This document shows positions 40,208 through 50,179 of a stretch of 64,000 nt of DNA, piece by piece. The stretch is taken from the sequence record MF327008. One strand, 5' to 3'. Position numbers and translations under genes: made by a program. Source of the DNA: Shigella phage Sf24. Within the stretch, counting starts at the first letter, position 1. Each line of letters begins with the position of its first letter. Under the pieces are notes generated by a model. It saw only the letters and a list, made by a program, of their open reading frames with translations, ran no database searches and was not told the origin of the DNA.

Positions 40208-42021
40208 TGATGCTTAACCCTATGCATGATTTCTTTATTTTTACCGAGATTAAATCCGCGCTCGTTAGGATTTCCCAAATAACCGCATGTTCTTCTTATA
40301 GTATTCATCTTTTTGGGATCAGTTTCTCCACAAATAGAACAAACAAATCCGTTTTCAGTAGGAGTCATTTCATGAGTGCTTCCACACGTAAAACATTTAT
40401 CTACTGGCATGTTAACACCAAAATAATCTAAATGTTGTGCAGCATAATCCCATACAGCCTCAAGACCTTTTAGGTTATTTTTCATATCAGGAAGTTCAAC
40501 ATAAGAAATGTGACCACCTGTCGCAATGAAATGATATGGTGCTTCACGAGAAATCTTTTCAAACGGAGTGATATTTTCTTCTACTGAAACATGGAAACTA
40601 TTAGTGTACCAACCTTTATCAGTAACATCTTTTACGCTTCCATATTTTTCAGTATCAAGTTTACAGAAGCGATAGCAAAGGTTTTCAGCAGGAGTAGAAT
40701 ACAAGCTAAAAGCAAAACCGGTTCTTTCGGTCCACTGCTTAAGACGAGCATTCATTTTAGTTAAAATTTCCTGTCCAATATCACGACCGACAAGAATATT
40801 CAATTCGTGAATACCAATGTATCCTAAGGACACTGAACTTCTACCGTTTTTAAATAACTCAATTATATCGTCATCAGGTTTAAGACGAACCCCGAATGCA
40901 CCTTCTTGGTAAAGAATAGGAGCAACAGTAGCTTTAACTCCTTTTAAGGAACTAATTCTACACATCAATGCTTCAAAACATAAATCCATTCTCTCATTGA
41001 ACAATTCGGCAAATTTCTGTTCATTGAACTGTGTTCCAATATAAGAATCTAGCGCAATGCGAGGAAGATTCAGTGTTACAACACCAAGATTATTACGTCC
41101 ATCAAGAATTTCATTACCAGTCGAATCTTTCCATACGCTCAAGAAACTACGGCATCCCATCGGAGAAACAGGAACAGATGAACCAGTGATAGCTTTATTG
41201 TTCTTAGCTGAAATAATATCAGGATACATCCTTTTGCTTGCACACTCTAGAGCAAGCTTCTTAATATCATAGTTCGGATCATCTTTATAAAGATTAACAC
41301 CTTCTTCGACGAACATAACAAGCTTAGGGAAAATAGGAGTTATCCCATCACGACCAAGACCTTTAATACGATTTTTCAGAATTGCTTTCTGAATCATTCG
41401 TTCAGTCCAGTCAGTTCCCGTACCAAATGTAATTGTTACAAAAGGCGTTTGTCCGTTTGAACTAAAGAGAGTATTTACTTCATATTCATAAGCTTGGAAT
41501 GCATCGTATACGTCTTTTTCTGTTTTAGATTGAGCATAATTTAACGCATCAGCGATTTGCCATTTTTCTGCATCCTCAATATGTTTTGCATAGGTGCGTT
41601 TAACATAAGGAGAAAGTACTTTATCTACATTCGCAAAAGTCGTTCCGCCATATTGATGGGAAGCAACTTGCGCAGTAATTTGTGCCATAATTGCAGTAGC
41701 AACACCGATTGATTTAGGAGTTTCAATCTGCGCATTACCAAGCTTAAATCCGTTCTCAAGCATTCCTTTTAAATCTACTAAACAACAATTAGTAAATGGA
41801 AGAGCAGGGGAATAATCAATATCATGGAAATGAATAATTCCGCTTTCATGCGCTTTCATAATAAAAGACGGGACCATATTTTTGGCAATGTGTTTAGACA
41901 CAATACCAGCCATAAGGTCCCGTTGAGTTGGAAAAACACGAGAATCTTTATTAGCATTCTCGTTTAAAAGGTCTTTATTAGTTTTATGAATCAATCCTTC
42001 AATTTCTTTTTCAATTGTCAT
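40204..42021 (-). CDS. nrdD: anaerobic ribonucleoside-triphosphate reductase NrdD, intronless
   Basis: 605-aa continuous ORF; C-terminal glycyl-radical region and Zn-ribbon. Confidence 0.92.
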   Translation of the reverse strand: MTIEKEIEGLIHKTNKDLLNENANKDSRVFPTQRDLMAGIVSKHIAKNMVPSFIMKAHESGIIHFHDIDYSPALPFTNCCLVDLKGMLENGFKLGNAQIETPKSIGVATAIMAQITAQVASHQYGGTTFANVDKVLSPYVKRTYAKHIEDAEKWQIADALNYAQSKTEKDVYDAFQAYEYEVNTLFSSNGQTPFVTITFGTGTDWTERMIQKAILKNRIKGLGRDGITPIFPKLVMFVEEGVNLYKDDPNYDIKKLALECASKRMYPDIISAKNNKAITGSSVPVSPMGCRSFLSVWKDSTGNEILDGRNNLGVVTLNLPRIALDSYIGTQFNEQKFAELFNERMDLCFEALMCRISSLKGVKATVAPILYQEGAFGVRLKPDDDIIELFKNGRSSVSLGYIGIHELNILVGRDIGQEILTKMNARLKQWTERTGFAFSLYSTPAENLCYRFCKLDTEKYGSVKDVTDKGWYTNSFHVSVEENITPFEKISREAPYHFIATGGHISYVELPDMKNNLKGLEAVWDYAAQHLDYFGVNMPVDKCFTCGSTHEMTPTENGFVCSICGETDPKKMNTIRRTCGYLGNPNERGFNLGKNKEIMHRVKHQ

Positions 42022-42491
42022 TTTAAACTCTTTCTAAGCTGCTTCTTAAATGAAGCTATTAACTGTGTTTTAGTGTCAGATTCATTATATTCAAATCCTC
42101 TTTGAAGCATCTCGGCCATCATTTCCTCTTTTCCTAAACGAGAAAATTCCTTTGATTTATCTCCAACAAAGTTAGGGTGAATATTATTTTGGGTGTAATC
42201 GGATTTTAAATAAGTAAGTAAATTTTCTAACCATTCAAGATAATCAACGCCTTGTCCCTTTAAGCCAGAACGATTAAATTTGTGCTTCATTTGACCTTCT
42301 GTGGCATTGCAGAGATTACAAAGCAATCCACGTACTTTTCCTGCTTTTGGTCCATTTAATTCATGGTCATGGTCGAGGTGATTAGCTTGAACGTCAGGAT
42401 TTAGTTCTCGTTGGCAAATTAAGCATTTACCGTTTTGTGCATCATAAAATTTCTGTTTTTCTTCTTTATATAATTTGCCAGTCAATAACAT
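42018..42491 (-). CDS. 49: endonuclease VII gp49
   Basis: 157 aa; T4 endo VII-like zinc motif CLICQ...HLDHDH. Confidence 0.9.
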   Translation of the reverse strand: MLLTGKLYKEEKQKFYDAQNGKCLICQRELNPDVQANHLDHDHELNGPKAGKVRGLLCNLCNATEGQMKHKFNRSGLKGQGVDYLEWLENLLTYLKSDYTQNNIHPNFVGDKSKEFSRLGKEEMMAEMLQRGFEYNESDTKTQLIASFKKQLRKSLK

Positions 42492-42496
42492 AATAA

Positions 42497-42525
42497 AACC
42501 CTTACCTTAAATAGATAAGGGTATT
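42497..42525 (-). terminator. stem-loop between pin and gene 49
   Basis: ACCCTTA/TAAGGGT 7-bp stem with T-run. Confidence 0.4.
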
Positions 42526-42533
42526 TATTATTT

Positions 42534-43019
42534 TCAAGTATTGTAAAACATTTGATTCAATCGCTTATATTGCCGAATCTTTTGGTCAGAAAAAGAAATT
42601 TGAGTTTCAAGCCATTCAATATATTCTGCCGCAGCTTGCATCAAATTTCCTTCATAGCCATCGTTATTTTCTTGTGCAGCTAATTTAGCTAATGCATATG
42701 AAATACGTTCACCTTGAAAATCGGCTTTAGGCTTCTGAACAACTTGATTAGTTCGCTCTACAACTTCTTCAATTTCGCCATTTTCGACTGATTCAGTATT
42801 CCACAAGCACCAATACGTAATTGGCTTATCGTAGATGTTAATAATCTTTCCATCAGAAAGTTCAATTTCAATAATTCCAGTGTCAGGCTCTATATCATCT
42901 TCACATTCTTTTGCAAGTTCACGAACTTTAAAGACAGTACCTGCACTAAGTTCCGGCCAGTAATTACACAGCCCTTTATCAGCACGATTAATTCTAAACC
43001 ACTTATTTACTGCAATCAT
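42534..43019 (-). CDS. pin: Pin-like protease inhibitor
   Basis: ~161 aa from internal Met, position after gene 49. Confidence 0.55.
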   Translation of the reverse strand: MIAVNKWFRINRADKGLCNYWPELSAGTVFKVRELAKECEDDIEPDTGIIEIELSDGKIINIYDKPITYWCLWNTESVENGEIEEVVERTNQVVQKPKADFQGERISYALAKLAAQENNDGYEGNLMQAAAEYIEWLETQISFSDQKIRQYKRLNQMFYNT

Positions 43020-43142
43020 GTCCCATCTCCATATCAATTAAGTCATTTATTGTTGGTTCATTATATACTGTTTCTTCATCAGTGTAAACCGGTTCTTCCG
43101 GCTCTGGCTCTACAGTTTCCCATCTAGCCGCCCACCAAGGTT

Positions 43143-43463
43143 TTATAGCGTAATCCATTCTCGTACTGTCTGAGTTACTACACGTTCACGGGGCTCGACT
43201 AGTTCAACAGTCGGAACTGCATAATACCAGTCAGAATGATAAGAACCTGAGCGAGTTTCATTTACGGAAACATGTACATTGTGTTTTGGACTAAAATAAA
43301 CACACTGACGATATTGGCATTTACCATCTTGCACCCAGTCTTCTATTTCGATAGGTTTAAGATAATCCGAAAAATCGAAATCATAATTTTCTGAAAATGC
43401 ATCATGGTCTTCGATGATTTCACTCAGAACTGCATCAACATCTAATTTATTTTCAATATTCAT
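43143..43463 (-). CDS. hypothetical protein
   Basis: 106-aa ORF. Confidence 0.5.
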   Translation of the reverse strand: MNIENKLDVDAVLSEIIEDHDAFSENYDFDFSDYLKPIEIEDWVQDGKCQYRQCVYFSPKHNVHVSVNETRSGSYHSDWYYAVPTVELVEPRERVVTQTVREWITL

Positions 43464-43473
43464 TTTTCACCAA

Positions 43474-43644
43474 TTAATTTCGCAATTTATTAAGTTCTTC
43501 ATAATCAATCCATGATTCTAGTCCTGATGGCAAATCAGATTCAATTTCCCAAAGAAGTTCTTCAATTTTCTGAAGACGATCTAGTTCTTCAGCAGGAATA
43601 GTAACCATTGACGGAGTTCTTGATACGCTAATATCGTAAATCAT
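43474..43644 (-). CDS. hypothetical small protein
   Basis: start likely at internal Met. Confidence 0.4.
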   Translation of the reverse strand: MIYDISVSRTPSMVTIPAEELDRLQKIEELLWEIESDLPSGLESWIDYEELNKLRN

Positions 43645-43646
43645 AT

Positions 43647-43862
43647 TTACCCCAGTTTGACCATACAATCGCCGTATTTCCATTTAGAAATAGACTTTTC
43701 ACCATTAGAATAATAAACTTCGAGTTTAGCACGGTTATTTTTAATTTGAATAACTTTGGCTGTCATCAAAGTTCCATAACCATAGTAAACTGCGACTTCA
43801 TCACCTACATATACCGCGCTTCCGCGGTAGTCATGGATATAATCAGTTCCTTCGAGCATCAT
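43647..43862 (-). CDS. hypothetical small protein
   Basis: 71-aa ORF. Confidence 0.5.
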   Translation of the reverse strand: MMLEGTDYIHDYRGSAVYVGDEVAVYYGYGTLMTAKVIQIKNNRAKLEVYYSNGEKSISKWKYGDCMVKLG

Positions 43863-44122
43863 TTAAAGTATTCCCGCAATTGGTCAAATCCACCAATATG
43901 ACTTCCATCAGGAGCAAATACTTGTGGCATCGTCAAACCAATTTGAGTATCACGACCTAGTTTCGTCAGAAGCTCAGCAATTTTCTCATCATCAAAAACA
44001 CCTTTTTCCGGCATAATGTTGATAAATTCAAACGGCTGTTTCTTTACAGTCAAAAGACGTTTTGCATTATCGCAATACACACATTTATGGATGTTGCTAT
44101 TATAACCATATACTTTAAACAT
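43859..44122 (-). CDS. nrdC: thioredoxin/glutaredoxin NrdC
   Basis: 87 aa; CVYC redox motif; T4 NrdC-like. Confidence 0.88.
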   Translation of the reverse strand: MFKVYGYNSNIHKCVYCDNAKRLLTVKKQPFEFINIMPEKGVFDDEKIAELLTKLGRDTQIGLTMPQVFAPDGSHIGGFDQLREYFK

Positions 44123-44123
44123 A

Positions 44124-44366
44124 TTATTCCTTAATTCCTAGTACTTGTTTAAAAGTCTCGTCGTAATCAAGACTTTGACCCGTTTGTTCTTTATGTTTGT
44201 ATATAATATCACTTACTTCTGATAGCATATTTTTATATGAACGAGTTAAAGCAGATTTAAGCACGCTGTATCTATCAGGAAATTTACCATGTTCATTATA
44301 ATAAGCTATTGCTAATTCACGGACTGCCTTTTCAGCAGCCTCCATATATTCTTTACGCTTGGTCAT
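44124..44366 (-). CDS. hypothetical protein (nrdC.1-position)
   Basis: 80-aa ORF. Confidence 0.5.
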   Translation of the reverse strand: MTKRKEYMEAAEKAVRELAIAYYNEHGKFPDRYSVLKSALTRSYKNMLSEVSDIIYKHKEQTGQSLDYDETFKQVLGIKE

Positions 44367-44368
44367 TT

Positions 44369-44758
44369 TTAATCCAAAATATTATTAGGCATTGGTTGAA
44401 CACTCACAAGTTCTTTAAAGAACTCAGTAGAGTCAGGCAATTTAACCATTTCCGGAGCATGCTTACTGAATTTATGTTTACATTGACGGCATTTATATTC
44501 AAGCTCTGGTTTACGCCAGTTAATCAATTGAACTTGTTCAGTACCGCATTCAGGGCAATTAGGAACGTTTTTAGAAGCTCTTTCACGTCGTTCAACCATA
44601 GCCATAATAGCATCCCATGCTGGAGGTTTAAAATCTAAATCGTCGCAGCCGTGAATCTTTCCACGCATTTCCATATCATCTTCCTCACCAGCCATAATAA
44701 TTTTAATTAGACTGGAATTACTTGAAGCTGCAATGTCTTCTAATAGACGCTTTTTCAT
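44369..44758 (-). CDS. zinc-ribbon protein
   Basis: CPECG...CRQC motifs. Confidence 0.5.
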   Translation of the reverse strand: MKKRLLEDIAASSNSSLIKIIMAGEEDDMEMRGKIHGCDDLDFKPPAWDAIMAMVERRERASKNVPNCPECGTEQVQLINWRKPELEYKCRQCKHKFSKHAPEMVKLPDSTEFFKELVSVQPMPNNILD

Positions 44759-45684
44759 TTCAATACCTCAATAGCATTGCGTAAACCATTTGCTTTTGCA
44801 TTAAGAGCTTTTAACAATTTGGTGTGTTCTGCAATTTGGGCTTCAACTTCAATCAAACGGGCATTGAGATATTCACGTTCTTCACTCAGATTATCAACCT
44901 TTTCTACTTTAGGCTCTTTTACAACTGTCTTATATGTATTAGGGTTCTTCAGTTTAATTAGAATGCGTGAACTGTATAACATTGAACCATTATCTTCGGT
45001 TTCGTCATACATTTCCACTACGTCCATAATTTTTAACATCATGCGGAGTTTATAAGACAACGAACGAATAGTTTTGTTGTGCTTATTAATTTCTTTAGCT
45101 GTCATGGTGCCAAGATTACGTGAGTAATAATAAGGAACCTGGATATTAATTAATACTGATGAACCACCTGGCTTGTGTGTTACTTCATCAGCAATAACCC
45201 AGTCCTTAACATGAACTGTATTTGTACGGTCATCGCCCGCGGTAAATAGTTTGCGAGCATGCTTAAAAAGCATATTCACTTGGTCATTGAATTGACAAGC
45301 AAATTTATCAGCAAATTTAGTTTCAGGAATGGTAGATAACCAATCAGCCAAATGGGTCTTTTTAACATCGTTAACAATAGTAAATTCAACCAAATCAGTT
45401 ATAGATGTCGCAGATTTAATGAAGCTCGGCTTCATAAAGTTTTTAATGTTATCACGAGCTACAGTAGAAGATAACATACGAGAACGTTTAAACCATTCAA
45501 GCAAATTGCCTAACGAATGAGAATAAGCGTTTTGAGTATCTTTACAGATATGATTTTCCTGACCAACATATTGAAGGAAATCACGAAGAATATTATTGAT
45601 TACTGCTCTGTGTCCTATCTGATAATTACGATGTTTAGTAATAAGACTGTCAAAATAATCAATATAATGTTTACGAGTTTTCAT
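44755..45684 (-). CDS. hypothetical protein, coiled-coil-tailed paralog 1
   Basis: 309 aa; N-terminus MKTRKHYIDYF; C-terminal heptad-like tail. Confidence 0.6.
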   Translation of the reverse strand: MKTRKHYIDYFDSLITKHRNYQIGHRAVINNILRDFLQYVGQENHICKDTQNAYSHSLGNLLEWFKRSRMLSSTVARDNIKNFMKPSFIKSATSITDLVEFTIVNDVKKTHLADWLSTIPETKFADKFACQFNDQVNMLFKHARKLFTAGDDRTNTVHVKDWVIADEVTHKPGGSSVLINIQVPYYYSRNLGTMTAKEINKHNKTIRSLSYKLRMMLKIMDVVEMYDETEDNGSMLYSSRILIKLKNPNTYKTVVKEPKVEKVDNLSEEREYLNARLIEVEAQIAEHTKLLKALNAKANGLRNAIEVLK

Positions 45685-45736
45685 GTTCTTCTCACTTGGT
45701 TAATGATTTATGCTCCGAGCCATCCTTGGCTTTAAA

Positions 45737-46738
45737 TTACTTAATTAACTGTAAAGCTTGTTCAAGACGATCCAAGCGATTGACAGATTCTTCCCAAATC
45801 TTTTTAGCCTGCTCATATTCTTTCTGCGCTTTATTAGAAATTTCTAGAACTTCTTTATAAGCTTTTTCTAATGCAATAACTTCTGGACGAATTTCTATCG
45901 GTTCAGGTGAATCATCAAGACATTCCATTAGTTCCTCAAGAGTAGTTTCTTCTTTAGGAGTATTCACAATTTCCTCACATTTTTGTTGATAAATTTCTTT
46001 ATCAGTAGGTGAATAAGCACATTTCACTTCACGAAGACTAATTACAATTTTATATCCTTCCCATCCGCATATATTCTTAAAAGGATATGTATGAATATTT
46101 TCTACTGTTTCCATACAAAGTAATGCAGTCTCTAACTGACGAGTTATAGTGCTAGCAATTGAGAAAAATTTATTAATATTCTTTTGGTTAGCGTTTGGTG
46201 TAAAAAATCCATAATTCACAAAAATAGCTACTTTATTTTCATCAAGCTCATATTCTTTTACGATAATCATATCAGAAGCCAAAGGATGAATTTGACGATA
46301 ATCGCCATAACATAATTTAGAAGCTGATTTTAGAATTTGTCCTTTGAAAAGTCTGAAATTACTAATCCAACGACGAGTAAAAATATTCTCAGGGTCTTCT
46401 TTATTATTAAGATGATAAGAATTAACATCACCGAACCAATTATATCCTACTACATCTTTGGTTCGTTTAATTTCTTTCCCAAAATTACCAAGAATATCCC
46501 GATTAACCAAATATGAAAGAAGACGAGACTCTTTAAAGGTTTTCTTGATATTATCTTTATCTACACGGCTAGAAATTTTACGAATTTCATGAATAAATTT
46601 AGTAGAAGAAACAATACTTGCATCAACACTATTGAGCCATTGATTGATAATAGAAATCACACTATTCTGACTAGACATAGGTTTAACTTTATCATCAATA
46701 ACGCTATTGAATGATTTGATATATTCGTTACGAGTCAT
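45737..46738 (-). CDS. hypothetical protein, coiled-coil-tailed paralog 2
   Basis: start MTRNEYIKSF with GAGGAG RBS; C-terminal coiled coil. Confidence 0.6.
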   Translation of the reverse strand: MTRNEYIKSFNSVIDDKVKPMSSQNSVISIINQWLNSVDASIVSSTKFIHEIRKISSRVDKDNIKKTFKESRLLSYLVNRDILGNFGKEIKRTKDVVGYNWFGDVNSYHLNNKEDPENIFTRRWISNFRLFKGQILKSASKLCYGDYRQIHPLASDMIIVKEYELDENKVAIFVNYGFFTPNANQKNINKFFSIASTITRQLETALLCMETVENIHTYPFKNICGWEGYKIVISLREVKCAYSPTDKEIYQQKCEEIVNTPKEETTLEELMECLDDSPEPIEIRPEVIALEKAYKEVLEISNKAQKEYEQAKKIWEESVNRLDRLEQALQLIK

Positions 46739-46765
46739 ATTAATCTCCTCAGTAGAAAGTAAGAA

Positions 46766-46800
46766 CATTATACCACATCCTTGTGGCAAAGTAAACTAGT
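46766..46800 (-). promoter_or_regulatory. T4-type early promoter, copy of the promoter at 126-160
   Basis: TTATACCACATCCTTGTGG(C/T)AAAGTAAACTA shared with window start. Confidence 0.6.
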
Positions 46801-47821
46801 TTAGTGCATTTAGTGCATTGTTCAGTTTAGAACGTTGCTTCGTAAGATTTTTGACTTTTTCTTGAGCTTTTTCTAGCATCTTTTCAGCTTCTAACACTTC
46901 ATTGGTCGCTTTAACGAGTTCATCATCTACTGCCTTGATAGACTTCTCAATCGCATCGGCATGCCATTTTTCAACAGGTTTAAGACTCGGATTTTCAACA
47001 GGAAGAAAATTCACTTTATTGAATTTCCATGCATCTTTATTACCTGAACTATACATCCAAAATTTAGGATCGTTTGATGAGTAATTGGATAAATTTAAAT
47101 TTAAGTTATCTTGCACTTCTTGCTTTTTCTCTTGCGTGACTTCGTCCTTTCTCAAAAAATCGTATTTAAATGAAACGATCATATCAAGTTCATATGTTGT
47201 TGTGTCTAATTTAAATCGTTCGAAATGCTGTGAAATCTTAGACTGAACAGCAGCAACAACATCCATATACTTAAATGCTTCTGTCAACTGCGATTTAAGA
47301 CATTCGCAAATTGAAAGAGAATTTTTTGTATTAGGTTTAAAGCTAATTCGTGCAGTTCTATTATTTTCTTTTAATGGTCTTACTTCCATCTGAAGAGTAT
47401 AACCATCAAATTTCAGGTTCTTTAAGTTAATATCAGAACCTTTTAATCGACTCGCAGTTGATAAAATTTGCTTTAATTGTCTACGGAATAGAGCAATAAA
47501 TCTCCATTCAATACGATAATGATTTGGATTGAAAAATCCAGATGATAAATCGACCTTACTTTGACCAACGCCTTGAACAAATAGAGGATTTTTATAATCA
47601 ATAGTTTTACAGAAATCGGTGAGCTGCTCACGAGCAGTCATTTGTGTAATATACCCCGCTTTACTAAAATGACGTAACCATTCACTGCTATTCATATATT
47701 TAAAGTGAATATCACGATTAACTTTATCAGGGTCTAAATTATTTTGGCACAAAAATGTCATAACATCACGAGTATAGCTGGCATTACGAACCATATCTTC
47801 AATTTGAGAACGAGTTTTCAT
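46796..47821 (-). CDS. hypothetical protein, coiled-coil-tailed paralog 3
   Basis: 341 aa; N-terminus MKTRSQIEDMV. Confidence 0.6.
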   Translation of the reverse strand: MKTRSQIEDMVRNASYTRDVMTFLCQNNLDPDKVNRDIHFKYMNSSEWLRHFSKAGYITQMTAREQLTDFCKTIDYKNPLFVQGVGQSKVDLSSGFFNPNHYRIEWRFIALFRRQLKQILSTASRLKGSDINLKNLKFDGYTLQMEVRPLKENNRTARISFKPNTKNSLSICECLKSQLTEAFKYMDVVAAVQSKISQHFERFKLDTTTYELDMIVSFKYDFLRKDEVTQEKKQEVQDNLNLNLSNYSSNDPKFWMYSSGNKDAWKFNKVNFLPVENPSLKPVEKWHADAIEKSIKAVDDELVKATNEVLEAEKMLEKAQEKVKNLTKQRSKLNNALNALN

Positions 47822-47829
47822 GGTGTTCC

Positions 47830-48738
47830 TTAAGATTTAAGTAAATCAACAATTTTAATTAACTTTTCACGCTCGGATTTAGCTTTACTACTCAGTCCAG
47901 ATAGTCTGAAAATTTCATCATCATATTGTTGAATAGAAATATTCAGCTCTTCAATCTGTTTATTAAAATAATCAATTTGTTCAGAATGTTTTTCGTTACT
48001 ACGAACTGGTACAGGTTTTGTAGGCAATTTAGTTGAACTGGATTCATCCGGGCGATAAATTAAAATACAACTTGAACCAATAGGGCATTTTGCACCAGAT
48101 GAATATTCTAATGTTCCAGCTTCTTTTAAAACTTCAAAAGCTAAACAGAGATGATGCCCCATATTAACATAATCTGTAGAGTGAGCTCTGACGTAATAAT
48201 CATCGCCGCGAATACTAAATTTAAAGCATTTAAGGTCTTCTGTATTATTGGTCTTAAAAATCATTTGTTTATCTAGACCTTTAGCTAATCGAGCGCCTAA
48301 TGCTAATAATCGTCGTTGATTTTCCCACAAATCTGCGATCATTTGGTCAAATGATAATTTCGGCATTAGTCGACCGTAAAGATCATAGCCTTTATTATAA
48401 TTGCGAAGAATTTCACTTGCATTAATACGAGACAATGCTCCAATTTTATTAAGGGCTTTCATAATGCGATTAGATAAACCCATTCCAGACCCGTTTGTTC
48501 GCTGTAAATGTTTTTCTAATCCAAATCCAATATCAACTTTAAACTTATCTAAAATTTCTGCATGAACATCTCTGTCAATAACATTCAAATCCAAAGTTGG
48601 GTTAAATCTATGAAAAAATTTATCTGGCTCTCCACGACGAAGTACAGTCCATTCATTCAATTTTTTATTAACTAAAGATTTAATTACTGCATTGACATTA
48701 TTAATTACTACTGACATATTTTCCTCACTCAATTTCAA
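47830..48738 (-). CDS. hypothetical protein, coiled-coil-tailed paralog 4
   Basis: 302 aa; C-terminal coiled coil. Confidence 0.6.
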   Translation of the reverse strand: MKLSEENMSVVINNVNAVIKSLVNKKLNEWTVLRRGEPDKFFHRFNPTLDLNVIDRDVHAEILDKFKVDIGFGLEKHLQRTNGSGMGLSNRIMKALNKIGALSRINASEILRNYNKGYDLYGRLMPKLSFDQMIADLWENQRRLLALGARLAKGLDKQMIFKTNNTEDLKCFKFSIRGDDYYVRAHSTDYVNMGHHLCLAFEVLKEAGTLEYSSGAKCPIGSSCILIYRPDESSSTKLPTKPVPVRSNEKHSEQIDYFNKQIEELNISIQQYDDEIFRLSGLSSKAKSEREKLIKIVDLLKS

Positions 48739-49132
48739 TTTTACTAAATACGCAGAATATGATGGAAAAGACTATATAAGCACCGCATACAGATTGAACT
48801 AATACCATTCCAAAGAACCAAACAATATTATCAAACAATGTCTGTTTTACGTCGAAAGGACGTAAACTTACAGTAATATTATCGCCTTTTTCTATTGATG
48901 AATACATCTCTGGGGAAATATATTCGCTAAATCTATAACCGTCTTTGAGTTCATATACGGCAATAAACGATAAACTAGACCCCTTTCCTTGAGTTCCTGC
49001 AAGGGTATTAACTACAGTAACATCATAATCTTTATAATGCATATAATCATTAATTGCGTAATAACCATATGCAATTACTATACATAAACAACATATCAAT
49101 AAATTCAATCTTTTAATTATCAACTGTTTCAT
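48725..49132 (-). CDS. membrane protein
   Basis: N- and C-terminal hydrophobic helices. Confidence 0.55.
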   Translation of the reverse strand: MKQLIIKRLNLLICCLCIVIAYGYYAINDYMHYKDYDVTVVNTLAGTQGKGSSLSFIAVYELKDGYRFSEYISPEMYSSIEKGDNITVSLRPFDVKQTLFDNIVWFFGMVLVQSVCGAYIVFSIIFCVFSKIEIE

Positions 49133-49187
49133 AATAATCTCAATTAAAAGGGCTTAGAACCATTATACCATCCTTGGTATAAAGCGG

Positions 49188-49715
49188 TTATGCGAGTACC
49201 GTCTTTAACCGTTCTTCAAACTTCCGAAGAGTATTCTGGCGTTCAGCTCTTTGCTTTTTATAAGTTTCAATACGCTCTGAAATGAGAGTGTATCGTTCAT
49301 TTACTGATTCTTTCATAAAATCAGGAATTTCACGAGAAGCTTTAATCTCGTCAAATTTATCAATAACAGCTTGCTCTTCAACAATTAAGTTATCATACAT
49401 CAAAATATCTTTCTTGATGAACTCAATATCTTCTTGAGTTACACGAGATAATTTAGATGCTTTATCCTTTTTGTACTGTTCATTAGTATCACGAGACCAG
49501 TGTAATGTACGATTTTTATTCGTATTTTTGTAAATTTCTACAATACCAATCTCATCGATAATAACGATCCAATTCCAACGAGATTTGTAAATTTGTCCTC
49601 CGTCAACCGTGATTTCACCTCCGATTGAGATGTCATTAAAGAACTTGCTTTGTGCTTCAGATTTAAATTTACCATCATTGTAGTTTACCAAGTTGAAAAT
49701 ATCTTTAGCATTCAT
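49188..49715 (-). CDS. hypothetical protein
   Basis: start MNAKDIF with GGAGGA RBS; track extension reads through promoter. Confidence 0.55.
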   Translation of the reverse strand: MNAKDIFNLVNYNDGKFKSEAQSKFFNDISIGGEITVDGGQIYKSRWNWIVIIDEIGIVEIYKNTNKNRTLHWSRDTNEQYKKDKASKLSRVTQEDIEFIKKDILMYDNLIVEEQAVIDKFDEIKASREIPDFMKESVNERYTLISERIETYKKQRAERQNTLRKFEERLKTVLA

Positions 49716-49740
49716 TTTCTGTTCCTCCGTAGTTGATAGT

Positions 49741-49775
49741 TGTATAGTACCACAGAGGAACGGTCTTGTAAACAA
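49741..49775 (-). promoter_or_regulatory. T4-type early promoter in repeated cassette
   Basis: GTTTAC ... TGGTACTATACAACTATCAAC. Confidence 0.5.
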
Positions 49776-50090
49776 CTAAAAGAAACTTCTTTCACAATTT
49801 TTTCCACTGAACCAAGCGCTCACTGCTTTCTTAGTCTCAGGAGCAGTGTTATCCATAAACCATTCAAAAGCAGCCTTTTTATGATTCTGGAGGGCTTCTC
49901 GGGCTTTAATCTGCTCACGGTCTATTAACACTAACATATGAGCCTTTCTTGTCACCAAGGGCTTCTTATGATTTTTTGAATACTCCCAATCATTTGTCCA
50001 TCGCATCGTTGTTGCGAACTGAAATACTGCTTCTTTAATTTTAGTTTCGTAAATTTCACGAGCCTTTGAGTATAACATCATTACCTCCAT
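49776..50090 (-). CDS. hypothetical protein
   Basis: 104-aa ORF. Confidence 0.5.
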   Translation of the reverse strand: MEVMMLYSKAREIYETKIKEAVFQFATTMRWTNDWEYSKNHKKPLVTRKAHMLVLIDREQIKAREALQNHKKAAFEWFMDNTAPETKKAVSAWFSGKNCERSFF

Positions 50091-50179
50091 TTACCAGTTT
50101 AATTCTAGTCATCTTTTTGATGGCAGTCCATATAATCTATTTCTGAACTGCCTTTTTATCTTAGAAGGCCTCTTATGAA

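Noticed and set aside
43038-43142. ~47-aa ORF in the GC-richer gap upstream of pin
   Set aside because: Weak RBS and uncertain frame; not enough support to call.
49715-49775. N-terminal extensions in the track containing CGTIQLS (also at 51148-51268 and 54728-54773)
   Set aside because: The shared peptide is the translation of the repeated promoter element upstream of the real start; each gene has a good RBS and ATG downstream of it.
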